A DNA stretch of 56,509 nt from Halobacteriales archaeon (GCA_042219475.1 JBDGPX010000063.1:1-56509), one strand, 5' to 3'; counted from the stretch's first letter, positions 28,423 to 38,487 are shown. Made by a program: numbers and translations. The notes: generated from the sequence alone by a model not told the origin.

Positions 28423-28545
28423 TCGATCGAAGGACCTCGTCAGCTCTTCACGGACCGGCGAGTGTCGTCGATAAACTTGCGTTCTAACGCTTGATAATCG
28501 GGGAACAGGATTTATTCCTCTGGTTTGGTTGGTCCCTAACACGTC

Positions 28546-28908
28546 ATGAATACGGATGTGTTGATCGCCGACGACTCCGAGTTCATGCGGAACCTCCTGC
28601 GGGAAATATTGGAGGAAGAGCTCACCATCGTCGGCGAAGCAGAGAACGGCGTCGAGGCCGTCGAGAAGTACAACGAGAATACACCGGATCTGGTTATGAT
28701 GGACATCGTCATGCCGATCCGGGATGGGATCGAGGCGACAGCTGAAATCAAAGAAACGAATCCTGACGCCAACGTCATCATGTGTACCAGCGTTGGGCAA
28801 GAGGAGAAGATGAAAGAGGCGGTCAAGGCTGGCGCCGATGGATACATCACCAAACCGTTCCAGAAACCGAACGTACTCGAAGCAATCAACGACGTCGTCC
28901 CAGCCTGA
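28546..28908 (+). CDS. cheY: Chemotaxis response regulator CheY
   Basis: 120 aa, single receiver domain. 'VLIADDSEFMR', 'DLVMMDIVMP', 'MCTSVG', 'GYITKPF'. Confidence 0.95.
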   Translation: MNTDVLIADDSEFMRNLLREILEEELTIVGEAENGVEAVEKYNENTPDLVMMDIVMPIRDGIEATAEIKETNPDANVIMCTSVGQEEKMKEAVKAGADGYITKPFQKPNVLEAINDVVPA

Positions 28909-28913
28909 TAGGA

Positions 28914-30137
28914 ATGCAGATCGACGTCCACTCCTTGGAGACGTTCAATCGGCTGGCCCACGAGGGTGCCGAAGAAGCCGCCACATCACTGACGGAGATG
29001 ACGGGCATCGAGACGACGGTGACCGTCACCCAAACGTCACTCATGACGACGGCGGATCTGCTTGCCGAACTCGATGGCGATGATTTAGTTGGGATCAAAA
29101 TCGGGTTTGAGGGCGAACTGGATGGCGAGACGATGTTGGTCTTCGATGAAGCAACCGCAGCCAGGATCGTGGAGGTGCTTCTCCCCGAAAATCACGGAGA
29201 AGGATTCGATGCGATGGCCCAGAGCGGACTCGAGGAGATCGGCAACATCATGATCGGTGGATTCACGACCGGCTGGAGCGAGTATCTCGGCAACGCGATC
29301 GATATTACGCCGCCCACGTACGTTGATGGATCAGTCACTAAGGTTCTCACCGCCCAGTCGAAAACCGCGACCGAGGACGACCATCTCTTCGTTCTCGAAA
29401 GTCAGATCGAGTTCATCGACGAACAGATCGAGTGTGGCATCTACATGTTACCGGGATATCGGACACTCTTGGATGCCATCGCCGATCGATCCGGGACGAA
29501 CGAACAGGGGTTGCCCCTCGATAAACTCACCGTCTACCAAGAGATGACCAAGCAGGGCGCAGGTCTGGTCGCGGATAACATCACTTCGATGGCCGGTGTC
29601 GAGACATGTGTTGACATTAGTCGATTGAGCTTCGTTCCGGTCGAACGGATTCCATCCCGGTTGGATGACACACCGCATGTTGGTGTCGTCTTTGAATTCG
29701 ATGGGTTACCGAGTGGATATCTGGTGATCGCCTTCGACGAGCGTTCGGCGTACTTGATCGCCGAGAAACTCATGCCGATGGACACTGACGCCGACGGGTT
29801 CGAGGATGTACATGAAAGCGCCATCAGAGAACTCTCGAATATCATGACCAGCGGATTGGTCGACGGCTGGGCGAATGTCCTCGAAACCTCGATCGAGATT
29901 TCGACTCCCCAGATGGTCGCCGACATGGGTTCGGCGCTGCTAGATCCGGTGATGGTCGAAGTTAGCCGTGAGCAATCACGAGCGTTCATGCTCGATTCGA
30001 CGATCGGCACCGATGAGCTGGATTTCAGCTGTGAGATCTTCGCGATCCCTCGTGAAGACGAACTCCGGGAGGCACTCAATCAACTCTCCGTCGAGCAGGC
30101 CGATGAGCTAGAAGCCGATCCATCCACCCATTTCTGA
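28914..30137 (+). CDS. cheC: CheC-family CheY-P phosphatase with two CheC-like domains
   Basis: Start at ATG 28914 ('MQIDVHSLETFNRLA'); the upstream part of the ORF overlaps cheY out of frame. Two S-x3-E-x2-N sites are present ('SGLEEIGN', 'SAIRELSN'). Confidence 0.85.
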   Translation: MQIDVHSLETFNRLAHEGAEEAATSLTEMTGIETTVTVTQTSLMTTADLLAELDGDDLVGIKIGFEGELDGETMLVFDEATAARIVEVLLPENHGEGFDAMAQSGLEEIGNIMIGGFTTGWSEYLGNAIDITPPTYVDGSVTKVLTAQSKTATEDDHLFVLESQIEFIDEQIECGIYMLPGYRTLLDAIADRSGTNEQGLPLDKLTVYQEMTKQGAGLVADNITSMAGVETCVDISRLSFVPVERIPSRLDDTPHVGVVFEFDGLPSGYLVIAFDERSAYLIAEKLMPMDTDADGFEDVHESAIRELSNIMTSGLVDGWANVLETSIEISTPQMVADMGSALLDPVMVEVSREQSRAFMLDSTIGTDELDFSCEIFAIPREDELREALNQLSVEQADELEADPSTHF

Positions 30138-30145
30138 TTCTGCCG

Positions 30146-30658
30146 ATGACTCAATACGGTGCCCCGGCGGGCGCAGCCGAAGAGAGCACCACGATCAAGG
30201 TCGGGATCGCCGATGCAGCCGTGACCACGAACGGTTGCCGGATTCGGACTAGTGGTCTCGGGTCCTGTCTTGGGATCGTCCTGTATGACGAGCACGCTGG
30301 CGTCGCCGGGCTTGTCCACGTCATGTTGCCTGAAGGGGATGATGGATCGGAGACAGAGCCGGCCAAGTTCGTCGATACAGGCATCGAATCGCTCCTTTCA
30401 GACATGAAGGAAAAGGGAGCCCGTCCGTCGAACATCATCGCGAAGATCGCGGGGGGTAGTGATATGCTCGATCTCAGCCGAGAAACCGGGAATATCGGTG
30501 CTCGAAACGTCGAAAAGGCTGAGGAAGTCCTCTCGGACTATGGAATCACGATCGAGAGTACCGATACCGGCGGGGAACACGGCCGCTCGCTCGAACTCGA
30601 TGCGACGACAGGTGAGTTGGAGGTATCGAGGGCCGGTGAGGAATCGGTCGTGTTGTGA
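30146..30658 (+). CDS. cheD: Chemoreceptor glutamine deamidase CheD
   Basis: 170 aa with 'TSGLGSCLGIVLYD', 'GLVHVMLP' and 'KIAGGSDM'. Confidence 0.9.
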   Translation: MTQYGAPAGAAEESTTIKVGIADAAVTTNGCRIRTSGLGSCLGIVLYDEHAGVAGLVHVMLPEGDDGSETEPAKFVDTGIESLLSDMKEKGARPSNIIAKIAGGSDMLDLSRETGNIGARNVEKAEEVLSDYGITIESTDTGGEHGRSLELDATTGELEVSRAGEESVVL

Positions 30659-30694
30659 TTCCTAGATGATCGTCAGTTAATGAGTGTTGTTTCC

Positions 30695-30729
30695 GATAAT
30701 CACGTCGCAGTTTCGTGGATTTGATTATC
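30695..30729. promoter_or_regulatory. Inverted repeat GATAATCA(CG)...(CG)...TGATTATC in the cheD-arlD spacer
   Basis: The 8-bp perfect arms are at 30695-30702 and 30722-30729, with an inner CACG/CGTG pair at 30701-30704 and 30714-30717. It lies about 50 nt upstream of the arlD ATG, next to the TATA-like 'TTAATGCATATTT'. Confidence 0.45.
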
Positions 30730-30781
30730 ATATTTGAAATCTGAAGGCTAACCTTAATGCATATTTCTCGATTGTTTTCCG

Positions 30782-32386
30782 ATGATGGAATTCCTCTTAT
30801 CGATCCTCGGTAGTCCGGTGCTCGATAGTGGGATACTGGGCTTACCATCGTGGATCGCTATTTCCGGGGCAGGGATGGCGATCGCCGGCATTCTCGATTT
30901 CCTTGGCGATGACGACGGGGACAACGGTGGCGACGACTCGATGGAAGGCGAGATGATGTTCGATGATGACGATGAAATGGGTGACGACCTCGGCGGCGAA
31001 CTCGATGACGATCTCGGAATGGAGGATCTTGACGACGGGGGCGACGACTTCGATGAGGTGGATATGGATATGGGCGACGGCGCCGGATCGAGCGGTGAAC
31101 TCGAAAACCGTGTCGACGAACTCGAAAACGAGCTGGCGGATCTTTCTTCGACGGTGAGTACGGTCCGGAGTGAGAACGAAGAGATCAGCGAAACCGTCAA
31201 CGAGACCGAGGAGAACGTCCGAAAGCTCCTGGATATTTACGAAATGGTTACCAAAGGTGTCAATCCCTTCGTCGATGAGGCCCAAATGGGCGCGGGTGGC
31301 GGGGGGATGGGTGGTGGCTCGTTTGATGTCTTCGACACCGGTGGTGACGATGGCAACAGCGACGAGGAGGAGGAACTCGACTCATCGATCGCGGATGCGG
31401 ATGCGGAGAGTTTCTTCGATGAAGAGATGATGGAACCCGATGCCGACGAAGCATTGGATGACAGTTTCGATATGGAAGGAGAGGCGGATAACACGACATC
31501 GACGCCATCTGACGCTTCCAACGATCTATTCGACGATTCCGACGAGGCTTTTGGAGGTTCCGACGCTGAACCGAGTAGCGACAGCGGAGATGACAGCGGC
31601 GGCGGCAAATCCTTCGATGAACTGAAAGCAGAATACGAATCAGGGGAAGCCGATTGGGCTGACGAGGAATCACCGGACGCGGAACCGACCAACGTAGGAA
31701 ACGGTGAAGATAGCGATGACGAAGACGCGCTTGAGGAGACATTCGACGCTGAGGAGGAGACGGATTTCGGTAAAGACGACGGGGACAATGACCCATCGAG
31801 TGGCAAGAACGTCACCGTCAACGAGGGCATTGACGCTCTCGATGAGGTTGACCAGGACGATGACGACGACCCATCGCTTGAGAAACCGGGCGGTCCATCT
31901 CGATCAGCTGACGCCGCTGACTCAGTGGCTGATCAAGAGGAAATTCCGGAGGACGACGCCGACTCGTTCGAATTCGTCGACGATCCCGAGAGTGGCTCCC
32001 CGAAAGAGGATATCGAGACAACCACTCGGCCGTACCTGAACGACCTCCCATCGGGGTATCACGCCGATCTGATCGTCCTGGAATGGTTGGAATACCTCCT
32101 AATGGAGTCCTCCATGCGGGAAGCGATGGAGTCCGTTCGGTATTACGAGGATATCGAGTGGATCAGCGCCGATGTCGGCGATCATCTCCAAGAGACGCTG
32201 TTGGGGCTCGACGGATATACACGAGTAGAAGCCGACGGTGGAACTCCTGGTGGCCTGACGATGGAACATCATGCCGAAAGTCTGCGATACATCAGCCGGC
32301 TGTCGGCGAGTACGCCTGGGACCGCTGTGTTGAACAACTGGCTGGAGCACGGGCACGGGCCGGGGGGTGGATCGAATGGGTTTTAG
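30782..32386 (+). CDS. arlD: Archaellum accessory protein ArlD-like (FlaC_arch coiled coil + FlaD/E C-terminal domain) with N-terminal hydrophobic segment and long acidic tracts
   Basis: 534 aa. Coiled coil 'ELENRVDELENELADLSSTVSTVRSENEEISETVNETEENVRKLLDIYEMVTKGVNPF'. C-terminal FlaD/E-like 'RPYLNDLPSGYHADLIVLEWLEYLL...VRYYEDIEWIS'. N-terminal 'MMEFLLSILGSPVLDSGILGLPSWIAISGAGMAIAGILDFLG'. Confidence 0.8.
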   Translation: MMEFLLSILGSPVLDSGILGLPSWIAISGAGMAIAGILDFLGDDDGDNGGDDSMEGEMMFDDDDEMGDDLGGELDDDLGMEDLDDGGDDFDEVDMDMGDGAGSSGELENRVDELENELADLSSTVSTVRSENEEISETVNETEENVRKLLDIYEMVTKGVNPFVDEAQMGAGGGGMGGGSFDVFDTGGDDGNSDEEEELDSSIADADAESFFDEEMMEPDADEALDDSFDMEGEADNTTSTPSDASNDLFDDSDEAFGGSDAEPSSDSGDDSGGGKSFDELKAEYESGEADWADEESPDAEPTNVGNGEDSDDEDALEETFDAEEETDFGKDDGDNDPSSGKNVTVNEGIDALDEVDQDDDDDPSLEKPGGPSRSADAADSVADQEEIPEDDADSFEFVDDPESGSPKEDIETTTRPYLNDLPSGYHADLIVLEWLEYLLMESSMREAMESVRYYEDIEWISADVGDHLQETLLGLDGYTRVEADGGTPGGLTMEHHAESLRYISRLSASTPGTAVLNNWLEHGHGPGGGSNGF

Positions 32387-32831
32387 CGTCAGTGGCTCGG
32401 CTGCGTTGGTTTTCCTTGGCCTGTTCATCACGACCGGGATGGTCTATACGACCGTCTCAAACGGCTTCGAACAGGTAAGCCAGACGCGGACGGATTCGAC
32501 AAACGAGCTCCTCGAACGACAACATACGGCCATCAATGTTACCAACGCGACCTATGACGGCGATGACACCCTCCATGTTCACGTCGAGAACACAGGAGGC
32601 TCCGAGATTCGGATCAACAGCACGGATTTGTTGGCTGATAACGAATACCTCACCCCAGTCGATACGGACGAAATCGAATCGACCAACAACGATAAGACCA
32701 ACGTCTGGGCGCCAGGGGAAACCCTTCATATCCGGTTCACATACCCGACGCCTCCGGAGAACACACCGTCCCGCGTGAAGGTAATCACCCCAAACGGTAT
32801 CACCGATACCGCGGCTGTGGAGGTGAGTTAG
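32376..32831 (+). CDS. arlF: Archaellum stator/S-layer-binding protein ArlF (FlaF)
   Basis: Archaellin-like N-terminus 'MGFSVSGSAALVFLGLFITTGMVY'. The ATG at 32376 overlaps the arlD 3' end by 11 nt. It occupies the position before arlG. Confidence 0.8.
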   Translation: MGFSVSGSAALVFLGLFITTGMVYTTVSNGFEQVSQTRTDSTNELLERQHTAINVTNATYDGDDTLHVHVENTGGSEIRINSTDLLADNEYLTPVDTDEIESTNNDKTNVWAPGETLHIRFTYPTPPENTPSRVKVITPNGITDTAAVEVS

Positions 32832-33302
32832 ATGGCGAGTGCCTCAGTCTCGCATATGGTGATCTTTATCGCGAGCATGATCATCGCGGCGAGCGTCGTC
32901 GGGACATTCACCACACAGGTATCCCAGGTGAGCAATGCGTTGGACGATCAAGCGCTCGATGTCAGCGAGAAGATCCGGACGGATATCGAGGTCATCAGCG
33001 ACTCCGGCAGTGAGGTCTACGACAGCAGCACGAACAACATCACCATTCACGTGAAGAACACAGGTTCACGGACGCTGTCGGCCGAAACGTCGGAGGTGTC
33101 GGTGTTGCTCGACGGACAGCTGATGACCACCGTCTCAATCACGATCGTTGATGGATCGGAGTGGCAAGCGGGCGACGTCATCGAAATTACGTTTGACACC
33201 ACGGAGGACGGCAATCTCGGTGAGAGTCTCGATACCGGCGATCACCGGATCAAGGTCATCGTCACTGGAAACGAAGACGTCTTCAGGTTCAGAAACTCAT
33301 GA
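32832..33302 (+). CDS. arlG: Archaellum protein ArlG (FlaG)
   Basis: 156 aa with '[20 protein letters not shown]' hydrophobic N-terminus and 'IEVISDSG...[10 protein letters not shown]'. The start directly follows the arlF stop. Confidence 0.8.
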   Translation: MASASVSHMVIFIASMIIAASVVGTFTTQVSQVSNALDDQALDVSEKIRTDIEVISDSGSEVYDSSTNNITIHVKNTGSRTLSAETSEVSVLLDGQLMTTVSITIVDGSEWQAGDVIEITFDTTEDGNLGESLDTGDHRIKVIVTGNEDVFRFRNS

Positions 33303-34060
33303 GCAGTGGACGGCAACTCGCCTCACTGGGCCTGGATGACCACGATCGGCTCAATGAAGAGCTGGGTGGCGGTATCCCCGGCGGGAGTATCGTCCTCATC
33401 GAGGGTGATTACGGCGCCGGCAAGAGCGTGATGAGCCAGCGGTTCAGCTATGGACTGTGTCAAACCGGCGAGACGGTGACACTGCTCTCGACGGAACTAA
33501 CGGTCAGCGGATTCATCGATCAGATGCATTCGTTATCCTACGATATCGTCCGGCCGATCCTCGACGAACAGCTCCTCTTTTTGCATGCGGACATCGATAC
33601 GGGGAATAATTTCACTAGCGACGACGACAGCGACGAATCCCGCAAGGAGTTGCTACGCCGCTTGATGGAGGCCGAGACGATGTGGGAGTCGAACGTGATC
33701 ATTATCGACACCTTCGATGCGATCCTCCGCAACGATCCGAAATTCGAGGCGCTCGTCCGGGAAAACGAGGAGCGGCAGGCGGCCTTGGAAATCATCTCGT
33801 TCTTCCGAGATCTCATTTCACGGGGCAAGATAATCGTCCTGACCGTCGACCCATCGACCCTCCACGAGGACGCGATCGGGCCGTTCCGGGCGATCGCGGA
33901 TGTCTTCTTGGAGCTCGAGATGATCGAGGTCGGCAACGAAGTCCGACGACAGATCTCGGTCAAGCGGTTCGCAGGCATGGGCGAGCAAGTCGGCGACACG
34001 GTCGGATTTTCGGTTCGCTCTGGAACCGGCATCGTCATCGAAAGCAGGAGCGTGGCATAA
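33299..34060 (+). CDS. arlH: Archaellum KaiC-like ATP-binding protein ArlH (FlaH)
   Basis: 253 aa. Walker A 'GDYGAGKSV', RecA/KaiC fold. ATGA overlap with arlG. Confidence 0.9.
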   Translation: MSSGRQLASLGLDDHDRLNEELGGGIPGGSIVLIEGDYGAGKSVMSQRFSYGLCQTGETVTLLSTELTVSGFIDQMHSLSYDIVRPILDEQLLFLHADIDTGNNFTSDDDSDESRKELLRRLMEAETMWESNVIIIDTFDAILRNDPKFEALVRENEERQAALEIISFFRDLISRGKIIVLTVDPSTLHEDAIGPFRAIADVFLELEMIEVGNEVRRQISVKRFAGMGEQVGDTVGFSVRSGTGIVIESRSVA

Positions 34061-34061
34061 C

Positions 34062-35735
34062 ATGACAGAACACGGATCAGCGAATCTCTCATCGGATCTG
34101 CGTCAACACGCCGCGAGACGACCGCATCTCCGAGATCACCTCAAGAAATTCAAACAGATCACCGGGGAGTTTCCGGCGTTAATCGATGAGCCGACCGAGG
34201 AGTACGAATCGGACCGGCCAAATGTTCTCTATCCGGTCGGTGGACCGATCTATACTCACATTTATGGGGACCTCGGTCAGGACATGAAATACTACACCAT
34301 CGAGCCTGAACTCTCCGGTGAGGAGGAGTCGATCTATAGCAACGTGAAAGCCGAACTCCTCCAAAAGAGCGTGACGAAGAAAGCACCCAATACGGAATCA
34401 GAATACGACGATCAGATCGAACAACTACTCCGGGAGACGACGACAATCAGCGATGGGAACGATGATCCACTCAGCGAAATCCGTGACCTCCTTGACTTCG
34501 GGAAAATCGAGGTCTCCGAACAGACATACGAAAACATCCGGTACCGGTTGAACCGGGATATCGTCGGCTTCGGACCGCTCGAACCAGTGATGCGGGATCC
34601 GGCCAACGAGGACATCCACGTCATCGGCCCCCACGAGTGCTATGTCGATCATGCCGTCTATGGCATGCTCGAAACGACGGTCGATTTCGGTACCGACGAG
34701 GAGTTCGATAACTGGTTGCGCAACATGGGCGAACGGATGGGCGATCCGGTCAGTGATAACGATCCGATCGTCGACTCGACGCTTCCCGACGGGTCACGGA
34801 TCAATATCATCTACTCCGATGACGTCTCACTGAAAGGGCCCAGCCTGACGATCCGGCAGGGCGATGAGGTGCCGCTTTCAGTGACCCAGATTACCAAGTG
34901 GGGAACCCTCTCGCCACGGTTGGCGGCATATCTCTGGCTCTGTCTCGAGAACGAACAGACGGTGTTCGTCGTTGGGGAGACGGCGTCCGGCAAAACGACG
35001 ACACTGAATTCAATCATGACGTTCATCCCGCGGGATTCGAAGATCTACTCCGCGGAGGATACAGCCGAGGTCCTGCCGCCACACGACACCTGGCAACAAC
35101 TCCTCACCCGGGAAGGTGGTGGCGAGGACAGTACGGACATCGATCTGTTCGATCTGGTCGCAGCGGCCCTTCGATCCCGGCCGGAATACATCATCGTCGG
35201 TGAGGTTCGGGGCGAGGAAGGACGGATGGCGTTCCAGGCCGCCCAGACCGGCCATCCGGTGATGCTGACGTTCCACGCCTCCGACATCGTCTCGATGGTC
35301 CAGCGATTCACGGGCGAACCGATCAACATCCCGGAGACGTTCATGGACAACGCCGATGTGGCGCTATTCCAGAACCGGGTCAAACAGGGTAACGATGTCC
35401 TGCGACGAGTGACGAGCGTCCACGAGATCGAGGGGTATTCCGAGGAGATGGAAGGTGTCGTCACTCGGGAGGCGTTCTATTGGGATCCGGTGACCGATGA
35501 GATCGTCTTCCAAGGGATGAACAACTCCTATGTGTTGGAAGAACAGATCGCGACGCTGCTTGGGTATGAGAACACTCGGGATATCTACGATGATCTCGAT
35601 TTCCGGGCTGGTGTCATCGAGCGCATGATCGAGGAAGGTATCCTCGGCTATCATGAGGTCAACGAGACGGTCGCGGACTTCCAGCGTGATGGCGTCGAAG
35701 GATTGCCGTTCGATATGCACCGGTCGGTTGGATAA
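34062..35735 (+). CDS. arlI: Archaellum motor ATPase ArlI (FlaI), type II/IV secretion ATPase family
   Basis: 557 aa. Walker A 'GETASGKTTTLNS', Walker B/Asp box 'EYIIVGEVRGEE', 'GHPVMLTFHA'. Confidence 0.95.
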   Translation: MTEHGSANLSSDLRQHAARRPHLRDHLKKFKQITGEFPALIDEPTEEYESDRPNVLYPVGGPIYTHIYGDLGQDMKYYTIEPELSGEEESIYSNVKAELLQKSVTKKAPNTESEYDDQIEQLLRETTTISDGNDDPLSEIRDLLDFGKIEVSEQTYENIRYRLNRDIVGFGPLEPVMRDPANEDIHVIGPHECYVDHAVYGMLETTVDFGTDEEFDNWLRNMGERMGDPVSDNDPIVDSTLPDGSRINIIYSDDVSLKGPSLTIRQGDEVPLSVTQITKWGTLSPRLAAYLWLCLENEQTVFVVGETASGKTTTLNSIMTFIPRDSKIYSAEDTAEVLPPHDTWQQLLTREGGGEDSTDIDLFDLVAAALRSRPEYIIVGEVRGEEGRMAFQAAQTGHPVMLTFHASDIVSMVQRFTGEPINIPETFMDNADVALFQNRVKQGNDVLRRVTSVHEIEGYSEEMEGVVTREAFYWDPVTDEIVFQGMNNSYVLEEQIATLLGYENTRDIYDDLDFRAGVIERMIEEGILGYHEVNETVADFQRDGVEGLPFDMHRSVG

Positions 35736-35737
35736 CC

Positions 35738-37486
35738 ATGGCGTCGACTGAGGCAACCCCCGGTTCGGATGCGGCCGATCTCAAGCAGGCGATCAACGCC
35801 CTTATCGAGTCATACAAGGAGATGGGCATGCCGGTCAGGCGGTATGTCTTCATCGTTCTACTGCCGGCGATCGCGTTCTTTTTCGTGAGCATCGTACTCA
35901 GTATTGCTCTCCCGCTCCCACTGACGGTCCGGGTGCCGATCCCGCTGTTAGGGCTGTTGATCGGTGCGGCGGCGGTGTTCTATCCGAAGATCGTCGCCGA
36001 TCAGCGCCGCCGGGAGATCGAGAACAAGTTGCCGTTATTGATCACACATATGACGGTGCTTTCGACGACGAACATCGATCGGATGGAGGTGTTCAGGACC
36101 CTCGCGAAGGAAGAGGAGTACGACGCCGCTGCCGACGAGATCAATTACATCGTCACCCTGGTCGATTCGTGGAATCAGAGCCTCGATGATGCCTGCCGTC
36201 GCCGGGCCAAACGGACACCGAGTGAGGCCTTTTCGGATTTCCTCGAACGGATCGCCTACTCTCTGGGAGCCGGTCAGGAACTGAAGGATTTCCTGCTCAA
36301 CGAACAGGAGGTCATCATCAACAACTACAAAACGGTCTACGAAGGGTCGCTCAACAACCTCGACGTGATGAAGGATCTGTACCTGTCGATGGTACTCTCG
36401 TTGACGTTCGGGTTGGTGTTCGCGATCGTCCTCCCGATCCTCACGGGAACGAGCCCGACAGGTTCCGTGGGAGCGGTCATCGGGCTGTTCATCCTGATTC
36501 AGCTGGGATTCTTCATGGCGATCCGGACCGTTGCACCGACGGACCCGATCTGGTACGTCCCCGAAGAGATGAAGACTGATGCCGAGCGCAAATCGAACCT
36601 CAGTCTCGCTGCCGGTGTCGGCCTCGTCGTGCTGGTTTCGCTCTTTACCATGGGCGGGCTGTTCGGGATTCTCCCGATCGGTCTTGAGGAAGTACTCTTT
36701 TTCCTTGACGATGTCCCTCTCCAGCTGTATATCGCGATTCCACTTACGCCGCTGATCATCCCGGGGCTGGTGCTCCGGGGAGAGGAAAACGACATCAAGG
36801 CCCGCGATCAGGAGTTCCCGAGTTTCATTCGCGCGCTTGGCTCGACTGAAAGCGCAAAACAGGGCACAACCTCCGGTGTGCTTGAGTCGCTCCGTCGGAA
36901 GGACTTCGGGAAACTCTCGGAAAACGTCAATAACCTGTACAAGCGACTCAATATGCGGATCGAAACCGAGGAGGCGTGGCGCCACTTCACTGCGGAGTGT
37001 CACTCCTATCTCATTCAGAAGTTCAGTGAGATGTACCTGATCGGCCGCCAGATGGGTGGGGACCCAAAACAGCTGGGGGAACTCATCAGCGAGAACATGA
37101 GCGAGGTTCTTCAGCTCCGCGAACGACGCCAACAGGAGACGATCACGCTGATCGGGCTCCTCTATGGGATTACCGCAGCATCGACCTTCGCCTTCTTCAT
37201 CGGGCTCAAGGTGGTAAAGATCCTATCGAATATGAGCCTCAATCTCGATACGAGCCAGTTCGACTTCGGTTCGATCATTAACGCCAGCGTCTACAACATC
37301 CCCGAGATCGAGTATTTGCTCATGATCGTCATCATGTTCAACGCCCTCCTGTCGTCATTGATGATCCGCACCGTCGACGGCGGTCACAAGGCGAACTCCT
37401 ATTTCCACTTCGTGATGCTGATCTGGCTCGGCCTTGGCATCTCGATTCTCACCCAAGTGCTCGTCGGAGCCATCCTAACCATCTGA
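35738..37486 (+). CDS. arlJ: Archaellum membrane platform protein ArlJ (FlaJ)
   Basis: 582 aa, polytopic, with a duplicated GspF/TadC-like architecture. It starts 2 nt after the arlI stop. Confidence 0.9.
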   Translation: MASTEATPGSDAADLKQAINALIESYKEMGMPVRRYVFIVLLPAIAFFFVSIVLSIALPLPLTVRVPIPLLGLLIGAAAVFYPKIVADQRRREIENKLPLLITHMTVLSTTNIDRMEVFRTLAKEEEYDAAADEINYIVTLVDSWNQSLDDACRRRAKRTPSEAFSDFLERIAYSLGAGQELKDFLLNEQEVIINNYKTVYEGSLNNLDVMKDLYLSMVLSLTFGLVFAIVLPILTGTSPTGSVGAVIGLFILIQLGFFMAIRTVAPTDPIWYVPEEMKTDAERKSNLSLAAGVGLVVLVSLFTMGGLFGILPIGLEEVLFFLDDVPLQLYIAIPLTPLIIPGLVLRGEENDIKARDQEFPSFIRALGSTESAKQGTTSGVLESLRRKDFGKLSENVNNLYKRLNMRIETEEAWRHFTAECHSYLIQKFSEMYLIGRQMGGDPKQLGELISENMSEVLQLRERRQQETITLIGLLYGITAASTFAFFIGLKVVKILSNMSLNLDTSQFDFGSIINASVYNIPEIEYLLMIVIMFNALLSSLMIRTVDGGHKANSYFHFVMLIWLGLGISILTQVLVGAILTI

Positions 37487-37573
37487 GCGAAATATAGATA
37501 CGCAATGGACGAAAAAATAAAACAAGAATAGCATGATAGACACCAGCCGGCGGCTTGTGAGGGAAAGGGGACA

Positions 37574-38437
37574 ATGGCAGAAACGGTAATCGCCGACTTC
37601 GTCGCAAAAATAGCCGCATCGGAACTCAGAACCGAAACACCGGTGCAAGGGCGGATCGTAATGAATGAGTCGGCCGTCATCCTCATCAACCAACGGGGAA
37701 AAACGCCGATCCCGATTTCCTCAATCGTCGATATCCGGTTGGGACGCGTCCCTGATAAGGTCAGTGAATATTTCGAGGACGCCGTCTCGATCACATACGA
37801 ACGGAACGATCGCCGTCAGTTCGCGGTCATCGAGGCGGATGAAGGAGTGATCGAACGGTTCCGGACGGTCCTTTTTAAGAGCTTACTCCACGGTGCCTCG
37901 GTTCAACTCAGGCATCCGGAACGAATCGGAGGTCGGATAATGGGATTTGGATCGACCGACGGGAATTTGAAGATCGACCGTGAGGGCATCGGTCTCTTAG
38001 ATGATGAGTCCACGTTCCGGATTGATTTAGCGGCTGTCGTCGGCATCGATCAGGTCGAACGGGAGCTAGGTGACACCACCCGTCCGGCACTAGCGATCCA
38101 TCACCGGACGATCGGCCACCCCGTGACCTCGGTCATCGGGCTCGATTCGCCTCGTGGATTGTTGTTTCTCGAACGATACCTCAGTATCGATTACAGCGTT
38201 GAGCTTCGCGATCTCGCCGATCTCACACTGTCAGACGAGGAGCTCAAAACGTTGTTCAGCCTCTATGCCGGCGCTACGCTCCAATCACTCGAACAGATCC
38301 TCCCTGATTCGTCTCTCGAGGAGACGGTAGAGAATCTCATGAGACACGATCTCATCAAGGAAGGTAACGATCGAATCACGCTCACCAAGACCGGCGAGAT
38401 CGTCACACTCAATCGGGCAGATCAGATCCTCGAGTGA
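37574..38437 (+). CDS. cheF: CheF (DUF439) archaeal chemotaxis-archaellum adaptor, copy on + strand
   Basis: 287 aa. The layout is typical of CheF, with an N-terminal PH-like region ('GRIVMNESAVILINQRG') and a C-terminal wHTH-like region ('LKTLFSLYAG...LIKEG'). Position is next to arlJ. Confidence 0.8.
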   Translation: MAETVIADFVAKIAASELRTETPVQGRIVMNESAVILINQRGKTPIPISSIVDIRLGRVPDKVSEYFEDAVSITYERNDRRQFAVIEADEGVIERFRTVLFKSLLHGASVQLRHPERIGGRIMGFGSTDGNLKIDREGIGLLDDESTFRIDLAAVVGIDQVERELGDTTRPALAIHHRTIGHPVTSVIGLDSPRGLLFLERYLSIDYSVELRDLADLTLSDEELKTLFSLYAGATLQSLEQILPDSSLEETVENLMRHDLIKEGNDRITLTKTGEIVTLNRADQILE

Positions 38438-38487
38438 AAACGGATTACGGTCGACAAGCGATCCGATAACAATCGGTCCCCGGCCAC

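Noticed and set aside
28423-28545. A shared 'TGATAA(T/C)' motif in the motility/taxis promoters (cheY, arlD, cheB/cheW and htrII leaders)
   Set aside because: The same 6-7-mer also occurs in unrelated AT-rich spacers of the window (for example near 11030, 18370 and 53435). Without genome-wide statistics it cannot be separated from background composition.
28782-28913. Upstream extension of the cheC ORF overlapping cheY
   Set aside because: It is out of frame with the well-supported cheY, and its translation is basic ('MYQRWARGEDERGGQGWRRW...'). The CheC-like sequence starts at ATG 28914, 5 nt after the cheY stop.
30880-31980. Apparent tandem or low-complexity DNA repetition (GAC/GAT/GAA/GGC-rich) that might be a repeat array
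   Set aside because: It is in frame within arlD and encodes D/E/G tracts. There is no fixed repeat unit or spacer structure, so this is not a CRISPR or satellite array.
36035-37132. 365-aa ORF antisense to arlJ
   Set aside because: It lies entirely within arlJ, which has the expected polytopic membrane architecture. The antisense product is highly basic and reads like out-of-frame sequence.
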